A stretch of 64,000 nt of DNA from Takakia lepidozioides (GCA_030704615.1 CM060733.1:47864001-47928000), one strand, 5' to 3'. Shown: positions 14,147 through 29,369, counted from the stretch's first letter. A program made the numbers and translations. Notes: generated from the sequence alone by a model not told the origin.

Positions 14147-15814
14147 TGGAAGGCAAACTTACGGCTGTTAATAGCTCCTTATAAACTTGGCTATGATACC
14201 ATCACGACATCGCGGATTGCATAATCTTTACATTAGGGAGACAATCAGAGTTTGCCGAACCCCCTCTTAGTCAATCCCCCGAGAGGTGCCGGTCAAACTC
14301 TCCACTCAAATTGATCGTCATTAGGGCATGATCCATCAATGTAACCCGACTGCAACTTAATCCGGTTAAAACCTAAATGATCGGCTGCACTCCTGCAGGC
14401 ATTAATCGAGCCAAATCACATTACCTCTAACTTCGACTTTTTCCTGCTCGAAAGTTGGCGTGACAGTATTAGAAACTACATAATTTTCTTGCTGTTGGAC
14501 TGGAGATCTTAGATATGATACTGCACGACTTGACATTACCAATAAATCTGAGACTTCAAATCGACACAAGAGCTCACCGCAGGCCAAGCAGCTCCCTCCC
14601 TCTCGAGAGAGGAGAGCGAGAGAGAGATTCACGGATGAATAAGATCATTCATCCTTAATGTACAACGTCATCCACGATTTTAAGTCTCATTCATCGCCAA
14701 GAGCGTCGACACGGGATTGGCTCGTACTAGGACCAAAACTAAATAAAAACAGAAAAGTAAATAGTGGCCGGCCAATCGCAGAGCCACAAAAGATACGACA
14801 GACTCGAACTTCATCTGCCCTTCATCCATGCAGAGTCAAATTGGGTGAACCGGAGGCGCTAATGCGGAGTTATTCTTACCGCGTGGGCAGATTGTATGTC
14901 GGTCTTTCAGCCGTCGGATACAACATCAACGTCAGAGGTTGTGACACGCAGAGAAGACCCGCATGACAGCGAATGGGGAGGCTCGGGGAATGTGGACGCA
15001 ATCCGCGAATCGCGAGGTAACAGTGTCGGCCCAATGGCAGCAGAGCTTTTGGTTGCGTTGCAGATCTGTGCTTCTCTGTCTGTCTGTCTGTCTATCTGTC
15101 TGTCTCTCCCCTCGCTTCGCTCGCTCGCTCGCTCGCCTGCATGCGAGGGGATTGCAACCTCCATGCGGAGTGCATTGCGGTGGGGAGTGATCACAGGCGG
15201 CAGGGGAGGTGCAGATTAATTGGGTTGATCTGAGTTCTGCGGAGCTTGGAATGGGAGACGGCATGCACTGGCATCTGTTGGGACAAACGGGCAAGCCTGG
15301 GGCCCGCAGTGTAGCTTGATGCCTCACGGGGATTGTGGTTACCTGTACAGTGAAAGTTGTAGTACTGTACCAAACGCTTCTGAGATTCAGATATTTGCGT
15401 AGTTGCAGATCGAGCGGCGAGAGAAGTGTCTGGTCAGGCGCGCACATGGAGCTTGTGGAAGTGGAGTGATGATATGGGTGACAGAAGCGTTGGCAAGGAC
15501 GAGGAGAGTTGGTAGAGGAGGGAGGGGCTGGAATGAGCTTGGTGACGATTCATTGTTGGTGCGTCCCTCTTCCTCTTTCTCCACTTTACGCAGAGGGGGC
15601 AGGGGAAGACGTGTTTTTGCACATGTTCTTCTGGTTTGATCTTGTTCAAGCTCGCTCGAGCCTGGGGCTTGTGAGGCATAAGTGGAACCTTGCTTGCTAA
15701 GTCCGTTAGATCCTGCTTAGGTGCATCAGATCCGGGTATCAAAAACATTTGGTATTTTGCAATAGCTCAGAACCAGGAGGTAGGTAGCGGAGAGGCATCC
15801 AGAGGCGAGCCACG

Positions 15815-16213
15815 ATGGAGGCGAGCCAACCAGAAACAAAGCACCCCATGGACAGCAAGGTCTGGGCATCATTCCGCCACAGCTTCTCCCAAGTGCAGTT
15901 CCTGCTTGACCACAACCGGCTGCTCATCAAGGAAATCAACCAGAATCATGAGTCGAAGATCCCGGAGAGCCTCACCCGCAATGTGATGTTAATCCGCGAA
16001 CTCAACGGCAACATCAACAAAGTGGTGGACCTCTATGCCAAACTTTCCTCCGACTTCGTGAAATCATTTGAGAGTCGGGCTGACGGTAATTCTGCTGTGC
16101 AATCATCAGCGAAGCCTGTGGAGAGCAACAGTGGCACTGGCGGGCCTAACGGAAGCTTGTTCAAGCCCCCCCTTGTTTCTTCACAAGGGCATAAGAATAT
16201 GCGTACTACCTGA
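15815..16213 (+). CDS. ELF4-like: EARLY FLOWERING 4-like protein (DUF1313)
   Basis: Contains the family signature FSQVQFLLDHNRLLIKEINQNHESKIPESLTRNVMLIRELNGNINKVVDLYAKLS in a single-exon ORF. Confidence 0.93.
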   Translation: MEASQPETKHPMDSKVWASFRHSFSQVQFLLDHNRLLIKEINQNHESKIPESLTRNVMLIRELNGNINKVVDLYAKLSSDFVKSFESRADGNSAVQSSAKPVESNSGTGGPNGSLFKPPLVSSQGHKNMRTT

Positions 16214-18006
16214 GTTTTTGAACAGAGACGGGGAGAGATAGACAGATGTGCAGTCTCCATAGAGTCCATGTTACCAGACGCTGTGGTTCACAGCCCTGAA
16301 TGGAGATTGGGGAGACAGAGAGCCTTAGCATGCGGGAACCAAATCAAAACTTTACGATCTAGGTCTGTTCGGCAGAGGTCAGTCGCAGCAACCTGACTAC
16401 ACAAAAGATGAAAGATTCAGCAACCACCGCGGCCAGCTGCGGACTTCCAAGAATGAGCAGCTTCACACCTGCAAAAGGAGGTGTTCAAGATGATCTGAAC
16501 AGTTTTTCATTTACGCATGTTATATATCTATGTACAGCATCCTTGAGCATCATGATCAAGATGCATGTTTGCACAGGTTGCAACTTTGAGCTCAGCTGAG
16601 TACATTGGCACAGGCGTGTTAAGCTGACAATGGCGTCTTAAGTTATAATCAGGCACAGGATCTGAATGTAAGTAGCGTTATTCCACCGACTGGTTTTCTC
16701 ACTGTTTCTTCTCCTAGATATCTCTCAATCGACGTGGGGAAATATGGCACTCCGCTTCACTGAATAGGTCTCTCTTCAGATCGGTCTGGAAAACCCGGAT
16801 TAATTCTTTATATGGAGGTAAGTCTTACTACCAACGTCAGCCCCTGACAGAGGTAGGTTCTGTCCCTTTTGTTCCCGCTTAAACTGGGCGCGGGGTCAAT
16901 GGCCACAAGGCTACGGCAAACAACGTCTTATGAGTACAATCTCTTCAGATCGGTCACTCTCACTTCCAGCCATGCCCACTCGTTCCTCACTGGTACTAGT
17001 TTGGGCAAAAAGTTGCGCTTTACAATGTACACATTTCTCGCAAGACATCTTCCGGCCTGAGTTTGCATCTAGCGAATGATCAGGAATGCCTATCGTCACA
17101 TTCAGTACAGTCATTCCTTATTATACTGTCGTGACTGGATTGTGCCTTCCAGTTCCTCCCGTTCTTGATCTTTCCCGTTCTTGCTCAAGAGCAGATAAGT
17201 CTCCATGTCCTGTGCTTCCCCTCCACAGAGAGCCTGAGCTGACATGAGCCTGCATCATCATTTGAAACCGGAAGAGTTTGCAGCCACAATCTGTCGTTTT
17301 CATCCACAGAAACTAGGTCATGTCTTATCCGATGCTACTCGGCATTCAGGCACAAACACGTCATTGTTATCCATGCCGGAGGATGATGGGCTTTGTGGTG
17401 GCTACATATGATCAGCCACCAACTCCATGAAGGCTGAGATTCCTTCATATGGGATAAGTAGGTAGTCATTCAAGCATCTCGCCCGCGCACACAGTTAGGT
17501 TAGAGCTTGAAATGCTTCTAATGAGTCGAATAAGATGAACACCTGATCACCAGGCATGTATGTGCGTATGCACGATATCTCGCTTGGATAGCCAAGTTTG
17601 ACAAGAAGTTGACCCCCTCTTGTACTACATGAAGCGCAACACATGCTGAACTTGCCGTTTGATCTGCGGTGCTCATTTTGGGAAGAGAAAGAAAAACCAG
17701 GTTCGTTAGCAAATGTCTGAAAAGCTGGGAGGTCTTAAGGCCCAGACTGATGATGCATCAAGCAACTGGTTCATAGGCTTTCGGAGGATAGCAGTATCTC
17801 ATTGACTGGGCAACAACCTTTTGCTGTGCTTTGCAATAACCGTAATCAAGATGAAGCAGACTGTGTTCAAGTTTTGCCTGGTCGGGCGCAAAACGTCTGT
17901 TTGAGCGAGTGTGGGCCATTCCAGGTCAGGAAATCTCTGCCATTTTGAGAACAGAGCGAGGTTGTGAGGGTTCTGTATGTGCGGGTGAACGTGTGGTCAG
18001 CAGAGA

Positions 18007-21000
18007 TGAGTTGCGCGGCAGCGTCATTGCATGCCTGTGTACCTGGGCTTTCAATCAGGTATTTTCATCTTCGTGAAAAGTTGGATCTCCTTGCTTCTAC
18101 TGTTTTTCTTCTAATTTCCTACTTTTATTGCTGTGGTACGGTAGAATCGTTTGTCTTTGTACGTGCGTGTGTGAGAGACACAGAGAGGGAGAGTCATGGA
18201 CTTGTGATTGTGTACATGGAGCGAAGCATACATACAAGCAAAAATGAGAAGGTGTGTTGGTCACACTGATGTTGAATGGGAAGCGGGTATAAAACTCCCT
18301 CCCAAAAATGAGAAAAGAGCAATAATGCTTTCAGGGTTTCTGATATTGGAGAAATGTTTCTAGGCATTCCAACGTCAAGGCAGTTCGTGGTCATGTCTTG
18401 CTTGTGCATGAGGTCTGCTAGTCCTAGGTGTGCCTGGCAGCGATTGCCTTGCAGCCTAACCCCAGCACCCCAGCTACTTTGAATCACAGACATAGGTGCA
18501 CTCAATGCACTGTTAGCCTACAAAACCCTACTTCATTTTTAACTGCAAAAGAATTTGCTTTTGCAGCACAATTGCCGCGGTACTCTTTTCCTTGGTCTCA
18601 AAGCCCAAGCTCTAGTTTACATATGGGACTACGTCTTAGTGGCAACATGAGACAAGCATCTGTCAAACATCCAAATGAGATATATTAGAAATTCACATGG
18701 ATTCCAAAAGTGCATTTTCTTGAGAAGGCTTGTGCCTGGAAACTGCTAGCTCTAGTCTTTCGAATTGCCAACAAGTTCTAGACCTATCCTTGTACTTCTA
18801 TCCAATTTTGAAGTGCCAATTACTTGGTATTGTGCACACAGAATCACCACGAGCAAGGGGGTATCTCCCACTGTCATCTCAACAGAGAAGTGCAGCAGTA
18901 GGGATGATCCGAGGAGTTCCGTTTCGGGGACTTTTCCATTTGCTGCGGCTAAGTGGTTGGAGGAGATTGTCCATAAAACCTCAAGCTCTAGGGTTGTTCG
19001 AAAGCAAAGGAAAATAGGTATTGATCTCACTCCATTCACTCAATGTGTTGAAGTCTTTTGAGCATGAAAACTTGCTCCATTTTTACTCAATTTTTCAATT
19101 TTCTTATTTTTCAAATGTGAACGGTTTTCTGTTATATTCTGGTCAATTCTTCCATACAATATTTTGCAGCCCATATGAAGCTTGGTCTACTCGTCTCACC
19201 AGGTTCATCCTGCCTGGGCACCTAGTAGTTGAAGTCCTTGTGGTAAGGAATGCAAGTTCAATTTCAGATATGACACATTGTTGATTGCTCTAGCTGAGTA
19301 CGGATTGGTGATCGTGGTTATATCATGAAGCATGCAGCTGGACTGAGAAGAGGGAAAAAATGGAGTGATCCAGAGCCCTGGATGGAGAGGATGCCCCCTG
19401 TGCTCAGCCCTGGGGCAGGGGCTCTGGTACGCCATGTCAAGAAGCAAGAGGATGCTAGCCGTGTGTGGGATGTTCTTGATGCTCTGCCTCGTGGTAATGC
19501 CTCCTGGGAAGATCTGATGAGTGCAATCTCAGAGCTGCGGCGGCAGCACGATTGGAGACGTGTGATTCAGGTGTGGATACAATGTAGTCTATGAAATAAT
19601 TCTTTTTCATCATGTGTTCAGCATTGTCTACATGTATACTTCTACTGTTGTAAGAGAAAGTACTTACTGGAAGAAGCAAAACATGGTGAATATGTTTAGC
19701 CAAGATACTTGTAGGACACTTAACGTCTTTTTAGCACTGATGTTGGGCTCTTCTGTCCTGAAACTTAGCATACAGAGCTTCAACAAATTCTGCAATTCCT
19801 TTCATAGCCACACTAATCTGACTTTTCTCTCAACAAAAAACAGTCAGGCTCTCATAATTGTCCTCTCATATTTCAGTTGCTTCTTGGCCCCTCCTCTCTT
19901 TGACCTTTGGTTTTTTTCATACCCCTATACCCACTAATAGGACACTCTTTGTTTGAACAAAGGACACTATGCTTTCATCCCAGTTTTTTTTATTGTGCTT
20001 CCAGCCCCTCTTTTCAATTGAATACTCGGGTCATTTCAGCCAGATCTAAAAGCATTACTGTCCTGTGGGGACGTGGCTCAGGTGTAAGTCACAGCCAATG
20101 TCCACCGGGTACAATCATTGAGCACATATCCCCTGCCTGCAGATGTATGAATGGGTACTGCAGACCGACAAGTTCAATCCTGACGTGGGCTGCTACAACA
20201 TGCTCATGGATGCCTATGGGAAAAACATGCAATGGGTGGAGGCTGAGAAAACCTTCCATCTCATGAAACTTGCCCAGTGCGTGCCCACTGAAACCTCCTT
20301 CAACATTCTCATGGCAGCATTTTCTCGCGGGCGTCAGCTGGAGAAGGCTGAAAGGCTTTACAATGAAATGCAACAACACAACTATTTCCCTGGTACTACA
20401 CAACACAACTATTTCCCTGTGTATGCATGAGTGGTGGATTTTTCTTGATTGTGAAATGTTCTGCAGTCCTGGACTTCACAACATCAGTGTTCAGGGGATT
20501 CAGGTGAGTTTTACTACTTAACTGCAGACATATCCCAAAAAATGTGGGGACTCCTCCAGAAGTAGCTATAAGCGGGTTGGGTGCTCCCATAGCAATAAAT
20601 GTGGAGGATGTCCAGTAATAGTTGGTTTAGCACAGGCTACTTCTTTTGTATCCCTGCTGCAGCTCTGGGATGACCCCAGCTTGTCACAAACAAGCAAAAC
20701 TTTATCGGGGATTTTTTACAGTAAAAAATGTCTTATAAGTATTTCATTGGATTCGCCTCAGTAAGCAAAATACCATTTAGAAGGAGGGAGCCTTGACGTC
20801 TTGAAGAAACCCAGGAGGCAGATTAGCTCTTATAAGAAGCTGCAAATATCACGTCCAAAACGAGGTACAATAACCGTGACTACAGAGGGGGATTTACCAA
20901 GGTGAGTGAAGCTAAGTGTGTGATACGTGATGTTGTGATGGTAGTATCTGCTCTGCAGTAGAGAGGCTCTGGAGAACTAAAAGCTTACCACCAGTAACTA

Positions 21001-24000
21001 CTTTTGTACTCATACTTACCAGGTTGAGGAGGTACTAAAAGGCTGGTGTCATTTTTTTCTTGGCTTTTACCTGCCTGCTGCATGAGCTTGGAAAGTAGAC
21101 ATCAGACAAACTTCCAATCAGGGCTATTAGCATACCTTTTGTAGCTAGCTTTAGCTCTATGCCCTATTTTTGCAGTGGAACAGCTCTGGCATGGAGGAGT
21201 CCTCTCCAATTACTCTCTACTAGTGTGATTTGAGTGGTTGTTGGCATCTCGGTATATCACTTAACAATGAGAGCAGCATGCTTGTACCTTTGTTCTTTAT
21301 TCCCTCTTCTTACTGTTCAGGGCTCGTCACATACAATACCTATCTGGAGGTATTGGGAAAGGGTGGAAACTGCCGTAAAGCAGAGCAAGTTTTCATGGAG
21401 ATGAAGCGGGGAGGCTGTCTACCAGTGGCTAGCACATACACCCTCATGATTAATATCTATGGTAAAGTAAGTTAAATTTTCACCTCTTGTTTTGGGATGC
21501 AAATACATAATGTGCAGGGTGGTGTTCTGGAAAGGTTCTCCTTAGTTCCTGTAGTTGAACTGGAATAATTTTAGACACAGTTATGATGTCATTTCATTCA
21601 AAACCAATGACATTGTGCAGACACTATTACAACTTGACGAGGTTGTCGTTTGTTTCAGGCTCACCTTCCACTAAAGGCAGAAAAACTATTTCAAAGTATG
21701 AGGTGTTCTCTATGTGCCCCGAACCTGTACACATACACAGCACTCATAAATGCGTATGCAAGAGAGGGGCTGTGTGAGAAGGCTGAGGAGGCCTTTGCGG
21801 AGTTGCAATTATTTGGCTACAACCCTGACGTCTACACCTTCAATGCCCTTCTAGAAGCTTACAGGTATGGTGGCTTCTTCTTTTGTCTCTTTTTTTCTGC
21901 CTAAGCTGATATCCACAGGACACCTTCAGGGCCCATGGACCACATAGAATGGCAGGAAACTACTTAAAACAGGATCAAATGACACCTGAAGACAAAGTGC
22001 CTTGAAGCAGAAAGAAAGAAGGAAAGAAAGAAAGAACTCGTCTTTGGAAGGTGCAAAGGACCCAAGGGACAAAGAGCAGAGAGAATTTGTTCCATTTTGC
22101 AAGAGACCCAAAGGACCCAAGAGAGAACGAACAGAACAGAAGGATAGAAGTACTTAGGCATAGTGACAACAGGGAACCAAAGAACACACAGAGATTAGCC
22201 AGGCAAAGCTCATGAAAACACATTTTCATGCCCCTTGCGTGACCTTGAAAACACCATTCATGGAATTTCTTGCTCTAGCTTAGTGGCCATGGATGAGGGA
22301 GGTGATCTATAGGGCATGGTAGAACAATACGGGTAGGTGATTAATGATGGTCTTTTAATATGATGCAAATACGTATGGGGGACTCAGTCGTGGAGGCCAT
22401 GCTGCTGGGGCAGCAGAAGTCTTCCAGGCCATGCTGGAGGGAGGTGTGGAGCCTGATCAAATTTCATACAACATAATGATTGATGCATGTGGCCGGGCGG
22501 GGTTGTATAATGGTAAAGTTCTTAACTGTTTTTTCTAAAATACTTGGTGTTTCCTCTCATGTCACTTTCCACTTGCTGGTGTTCTGTCTCTGTGCATGAT
22601 TCGTTTTTCTCTGATGCAAAAGGGAATAGGTTGTTTGGGGCCCCCAGAACAGTGTAGAGATAAATTGATGAACACATTCATTCCCCTTGCTTTCCATTTG
22701 GTCCGCATATATTCAAAGCTTTTGTATTGCAGGTTAACAGACTTGAAAAAATTCTGGCTTGTTTGGCTACAGATGCAGAGGGTGTCTTTAAGGCCATGAA
22801 GGAGGCTGGGTTTGTACCAACAATGAAGTCCCATATGCTGCTTCTGAGTGCTTATGCTAAAGCTGGCCGGGTAACAGAGGCTGAAAGTTTTGTCAGGGAG
22901 ATGGAAAGTTCAGGGGTCGAGCCCGACACCTTTGTGTTCAACTCTCTCTTGAGTGCTTATGGCAATTCTGGAAGGTAATCCACACATTTTGCTGCATGCT
23001 GAGTTTGACCATTCCTTGGGAACAAGTGGGGCATGAGTGTGTAGGTGTTTTCTGACATGGTTGATACAAAGTAAATGTGACTTATGTTCAGGAGAATGAA
23101 CAAAGTGACTAGACACTTGAGGGCTCTCCTCTTAAATGGGATCTCGTAGTATTTTCAACATGGGAATTAGCTTGTACATGATAGTGCCCTCTTAGCATTG
23201 ACCATCTGGCCAATAAACTTATTGAAAATATAATTGGATAGCTCAAAATAGCTTCTGGAGCCGCACAGTGGAAGATTGCTCCTGGCTCCAGAGAGACCAT
23301 AGAAGATTCCTGTTTTCCTGTTTTTGGATAAATTTATGTAATTTGATGGTTGGTAATCGTATGTCCCATGCTATACATCTTAGGTTATTCCACTTCCACA
23401 TAACTGATTCAAACTGGGATTACTTCTTTTGGGTGGCCTCTGGACAAGAGAAAGTCTACTCTCATTACCTGTTCAGCTTGTTGCTGGGTTAGGCTCCACC
23501 ATGAGTGTGGAGAGTGCGCATACAACTCCAGTCTGTGTCCTTCATCTTGTCACTTGTCATCTGACTTTTCTAGTTGGGGATGAGCTGAAGTGGAATACCA
23601 GCACGAAAGAACTGACCGCATGAACCATGGCAGGTTTGATCGAATGGAGAGTCTATTTAAAACCATGGAAGGCAGCAGTTGCAAGCCAGACCTCAGCACC
23701 TACAACACTCTTATCAACACCTATGCCCAAGCAGGGTTTACGGAAAAGTCAGAGGAGATATTTTCCTCCATAGCTACCAAGCAATTCATCCCTGATGCAA
23801 CCTCTTGGACGTCGCTAATGGGTGTTTATGCCCGCCGTAAACTTTTTAGAAAGTGTGTCACCCTCTTTCAAAAGATGGTGAAAACTGGGTGTAACCCTGA
23901 TGCAGCTACAGCCAAAGTGTTGTTGTCTTCCTGCCGGAGCCCTGAGCAGGTTGAGGAGGTGTCAAGCTTAATTGAAAGGCAAAGAGTTGCTGCCCTCGTT

Positions 24001-24003
24001 TAG
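18007..24003 (+). CDS. Multi-exon P-class pentatricopeptide repeat protein
   Basis: 35-aa PPR motifs in exons at ~20142-20392, ~21321-21466, ~21660-21864, ~22388-22512, ~22772-22974 and ~23633-24003 (e.g. PDVGCYNMLMDAYGK, PNLYTYTALINAYAREG). An N-terminal exon lies at ~19300-19570. The start exon at 18007 is tentative. Confidence 0.9.
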
Positions 24004-25824
24004 CTTGTTTTGAAAGGTGGGTTTGCAAGATTTGTGTTGTCTATATGTTCTTTTCCTGAGGTATGTTTGGATGATGTCTTGAAAATTGGCTTCACTTCAC
24101 CACAGTTGTAATCACTGATTGGACAATGTGATATAGTGAAAGGGCAGGCAATTATCACCGAAAGAATCTCATGAAGTGTATGTCGGAATCAGCGTTGTTG
24201 CCACCCTGTCAAAGCATCCCTGTAATATTAGTTCTGGCCAATTGAAGTCAAGATTTAGTGTCCCTACACATATCTGCATGTCGGTTCAAGGATTTGATTG
24301 TATCAATCATTTCATGGAAGATGTGGAAGATATTGACCGGTGCATAGGAGCAAACTCATGTCTCTCTGCCTTCATACAGAATTAGGGTTTGAGAGCCTCA
24401 AGCTCAGCAACGTGGGTAGTATTTGCTTGTTGGAAATCTACGATGCCCTTGTATTGTAGGGGGACGGATTTTAGAGGTTCTGGGAGGCTTTGAAGCCCTT
24501 GCTAGCTTCTTAGATCATTACGTCATTCGTGATTGAGAATTGCTAAAAGGAGCATGTTGCACCCATACTCTTCTAGCTTTAAAAATCGAAAATTCTGGTG
24601 CTGGCTTGGTGAATGGATTGTAAGTTACCGCATCATACTGGCCAGGGTTCTGCAAGGGCTTGTTTTCACAGATGCACGTAGCAGATGGGACCATCTAGGG
24701 GTTTGATTTTGCGAAGACAATACCTCCACTTGCTCAGATTACCAGTAACATTTTTCTGGACAGGGAATGAGGAAGTGGATTCCTAGATGGCCTCCAGGCC
24801 AAATATTGAAATGCATCCAGGAACTAGGTGCAACACTGCTCCCAACTTTGGGAGCAGCAGTTAACTTCCAAGGGTGGGCTTTTACATCACTTCAATGGAG
24901 GCAAAGGGAGTAGATAATACAACAAGTGCCTCTTTGTCATCATTGTGACCACATTACAACAAAGAGCCATCTTCAATCACTCAGAAAATTGAGGAATTTC
25001 TTCTCGGGAGGTGGAATTTAGAGAGAGAGAGAGAAAGAGACCCCTTGCTGTATGTATATTTCCTTTTTGAATCATTAAAAAAACCCTCAAATATGTATAA
25101 TATTTTTTATTATATCAAGTTTATTCATTTAAAAACAGACCTCGGCCTGTACTACTATGTAGATCCAAATTTTATGAAACCAAGTCGGTGCATCCCTATT
25201 CATTGAGGGCTTTCCAACGGTACCAAAATCGTGGCTAGAGGCCCTGCGGTTTGGGAGATCTCAAGACCCTACAAACAATATTGTGTTCATGCCATATTTG
25301 AAAAAAAAAAATCCAATTATTTACATTTATGTCCCCGTGTACAAAGGATAAATAAAGGGTCAGTAATTGTTGCAAGAAAGTCCATTTTGCTATTTTTCGC
25401 GAGTTTCCAACGACCAAAAGTACTTGAAATTTCATATCTCCCACACCGTAAGTTCCAAAATTATGAGACCAAGTCACTCCACCCCTCATCGATTTCCAAT
25501 GGTACCAAACACCAGGGCAGGGTCCCGCGGTTGGGGAGATCTCAACAATGATACAAAATAAAACATTGGCTTTATTGTATATTACTGTTGAACAGACATT
25601 AATTCCTAGAATTGTGGATTAGCGTAGTAGTATGGAGTTGCTCGTGGTATACAGGTGGTCTTGAGTTCAAATCTGCTTTGCGATATATACATATTTTGAA
25701 AGTTTTCGAAAAAATTAAAGACACGTGAGATTTGAATCCGTGATGAGAGTTGGTGACCTTTACCACTACGCTACCCTTCTAATCATGCTAAACCCCTGCT
25801 GTAGACTTATATTTAAGGTGTTGC

Positions 25825-26860
25825 TTACCCCCCATGTATGTATAATGTTGTACATGGGGGGTTAAAAATACCCCTTCCTGTGCACGCACGTGGCTGGTAC
25901 AGGTTGGCTGGGGTTGCACCCCCAGGCATTTCTACGAGGAGTGAGTCTCGCAAGGCTTCCATCCACGGCACCGGGTCTGTTGTCCGCTCACGCGCGGATA
26001 TGATGTACGCAATTGGTATACCGTTAGGCCACTCGTCGAAGACCATCAATGTGTACAATGGGAACCTGTTCAGATGCACAATGTCAGATGTTGCCAGTGT
26101 GCGCACATCCATTAGTTGTGCAAGCGGATAAATTGTGAAATGGATGAAGAGTGTCTTGTGTGGTGATTTGTCCCGAAGGTTGCATCGCATGCAACGATAC
26201 GGGCATGGCCTAATTGAAGCATTCGCTTCTTCTGCCACTCAGTCTGTGCCGATTGTGAATGTTAAGTCGACATCGTAGTGCTTGAATGTTGGCGCCAATT
26301 TCTCTTCTTGATAGAAGAAGACCGATTTCGGGTTCTGATCTTTCCCCCATGCGGACACTCTCCGCATCGTTGGCATATTTTTTGAACGTTTGTCACACCC
26401 GTTTCTCGAAAAGGTTGCCCACATCCCGCTCCACCAAAAAATCGTCTCGTGTCCATGCATCCCCCAACCCAGTGTTGTTCATGACGTGTTCTTTATGTTT
26501 CATCATGATTTGGGCGACTGACAGACCTTGGCACAGACACTCCATGACCCATGCTTTCAATTCCTCGCTAATGTGTGGTGCATAGGCGTAACGAGTGTTC
26601 CTGAACTCAGCGGACTTCCCATGACAGACGTCCTCTTTCACGTCTGTATGCTCCATGTTGTAGTAGTATGTGAGGACACAAATGTCGGGGGCGAGATAGC
26701 ATTACTGGACCTTGAAACAGCATTGGTAACCACGCTTGTAAGACTCTCCATATTCCGACTTCTTTCTCCTTGGGCCTTTATGAGGGTGAGATGTATTGTT
26801 GGTGCGCTTGTCATCTGGACCGTAACAGCATTGATACCTGGACATAAAAATCATAATTGA
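25825..26860 (-). pseudogene. Fragmented MULE transposase (different subfamily)
   Basis: FPLYTLMVFDEWPNGIPIAYII and SVFFYQE are MULE/FAR1-like motifs, here split across frames. Confidence 0.7.
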
Positions 26861-27109
26861 TATCCATCGACTTCTGGAAGCATGAAATCACAGTACGTGG
26901 GGACGAAAAATGACAAGAGACATGCAATCAAACTACAAAAAGGACGATGAGCATGATACACACATGATACGTGGAAGCAGTGTGCACCATGCTCATCGTC
27001 CAAACCCTAAACTTCGTGTTACAACAGTTTACCAAGAATTACATCAGAGGTTCTACTCCCTTGGACTCATTCACAATGAATACTATTTGCTTGGGTAACT
27101 CTATGACAC

Positions 27110-29065
27110 TATGAACAAGTGCAGAGCCTGAAAATAAATTACGTGAAAGATCCCAACAGAAGACTCATCCCAAATGATACTTTGAACAGAATCAACAGTA
27201 CAGCCAGGGCCATGTTCACCACAATGCTACATCTCTCAATTCCTCATTCCTGCTCTCCTCTACCCTTTCTGCCTGTGCAACTTCGCTCCAATAACCAAAA
27301 TAAGGCTTTTTGCTTGGCCCGTCGGCCTCTATATGCAACCCTTCCTACTACCGCCTCCATTCTATCAATGTGTGCCACCATGGATACCGGGCCGACAACC
27401 TATCTCAATATTTCCTCTGCTCTCATTGGTATGCCAGAGCTCATCAATGACACAAAACCATATGCTGCCGTAAATGAAAACCGCCAAGTATAATATAGCG
27501 GCACAATCCCAAGACAAACCCTCTCATATCTTGCCTATGTATTTATCAGAATATGTCAGTGAGGTGCTCTCGATCATGCAGAGCTCATGCTGCTCCAGCT
27601 TCACGACTCCACCATTTCCCGCCATGTCCCGTAGACTATGAGCAAAACAATGGATGCACAGATAAGTCGTCCATCGCGGAAAGCCCACATTCGCCAAAAA
27701 CATTTGCAATGTCCTGGAGGCATAGATGAAATCATCTGCCATGGATATCTCTTGGAAACAAATATGCGAGCCCCTGCAAGAAGAAGGTGGGGACTAGGGA
27801 TTATTGATCCTGAAACACAGATAACAACATTGTTTATGGATTCCCAGATTGGACTGGGACCAAAAAGGGGTTGGTGGAAATTCTTGGTAGCTGACATCAT
27901 TAGCCTCCCCCCTCAAGTCAGTGCACTGGCAGCCCTCCCTTCACTGGATTGCAAATGGTTTCAAGCATAAAGCTCGGGGGTCCCCTCTGGGTTGCGATCT
28001 GGCAAGCGTGGGCAAAACTCCGTCCATTCCTCCTAAAAGCAGAGCCTAACTCGTATGAGGAAACACTCAGATAACCACTCTTCCTAATATCACCGGGGGG
28101 GGGGGTGTGTGTGGGTCACTACATGTATTTGTTTTCCATATCACGAGCGTACAAAGGTATATTTATACTAGGCTATATTTTTAAAATTTGCATTTAGAGA
28201 ACCAATTCAAAAACACCATAATTGAAGGACCCCCAGATTTGGGTAGAGCAGGCTTATTCATCAAATAAGCCTGATGAATGAATGAAGTCTTGAGAAGATT
28301 TCATCCTGATGGATTAGAGTTGGATGAAATATGAGAAACTTCACAAGGATGGATATATTTTAAATATTGTAGATAAAACCCTTTATTACATTAACTTTTT
28401 AAGTAAAACTCTGGATTTTTTTGTAACCTTTTTTTTAAAAAAAACTGGGTGAAAGGATATTTGCCTTACCATATTTTCAAAGTAAAACTTTTCTAAAATT
28501 TACCTCAAAAAAATAAACTACACCCTATATTTGTTCTCACGTGGTTTTGAAAATACGGAGAGTGGCCCCCCCAAGCCTAATATACTCGAGTTCTGCCACA
28601 CAGGCCCAAATGAACTTATCAAAAAAGTGGTCAGCCTGGGAAGGCAAAAGCATCAGCCTGATCAAATACATATGGTCCAATGGTTCCTTTATCCTTAGAG
28701 ACTCCATCTCCACCACATTTGGCAAAATTAGACTGAATCATGGTATGATACCATTATCTAATCCATTCCACCTACATGGATCAATTTACTTAATATGGGA
28801 CCTTCCACACCTGCTTCTAACTTCTGGACACTGGTCATCACAAACAACACACTCACAATTCTGTTTGTGTAGTCAGCTCCGACCATCACCTCAAGGCTTA
28901 CTCATTCCATATAGACCCATGCACAATGACCCTCAATATTCAAATACCACACACGGCAAACATTCCCAAAACTTCCACATACTCCAGTTAGAATCTACTG
29001 TTGGTCCTCTCAACAAAAGACATGAAACCCCCCCCCCACCACTAAATCAACCACTGATTATCTAG
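27110..29065 (+). mobile_element. Degenerate L1-like LINE fragment, interrupted by an AT-rich insert (~28090-28540)
   Basis: Frameshifted RT and post-RT residues (GLGIIDP, KKWSAWEG..IKYIWS) parallel the LINE ORF at 41246-43195. Confidence 0.65.
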
Positions 29066-29369
29066 CTCTCCTCCCATCTCCACTGAGGATGAGGATGAGG
29101 ATAACTAGTCCTAGTCCATGTAGGTCCCACGGTCAGTCTACTGAACCCTTGTGAGCTTTTCAGCTCATGTCTTGTAAATATATTTCCATCTTTCCATCTT
29201 CCATCTTATTCATGTGTCGCACCGTCCTCACCCTCGATTCATGCTTGCTCAATTGTGTACCTGCTAAATCAGAGAAATGGAACTGTAAGTTCTCCCATCC
29301 CCAAATACAAAACCAGGAAAAAAACAAAAATCACCCCCAATTCACCCCCAAAATGAACCCCCAACCCCC

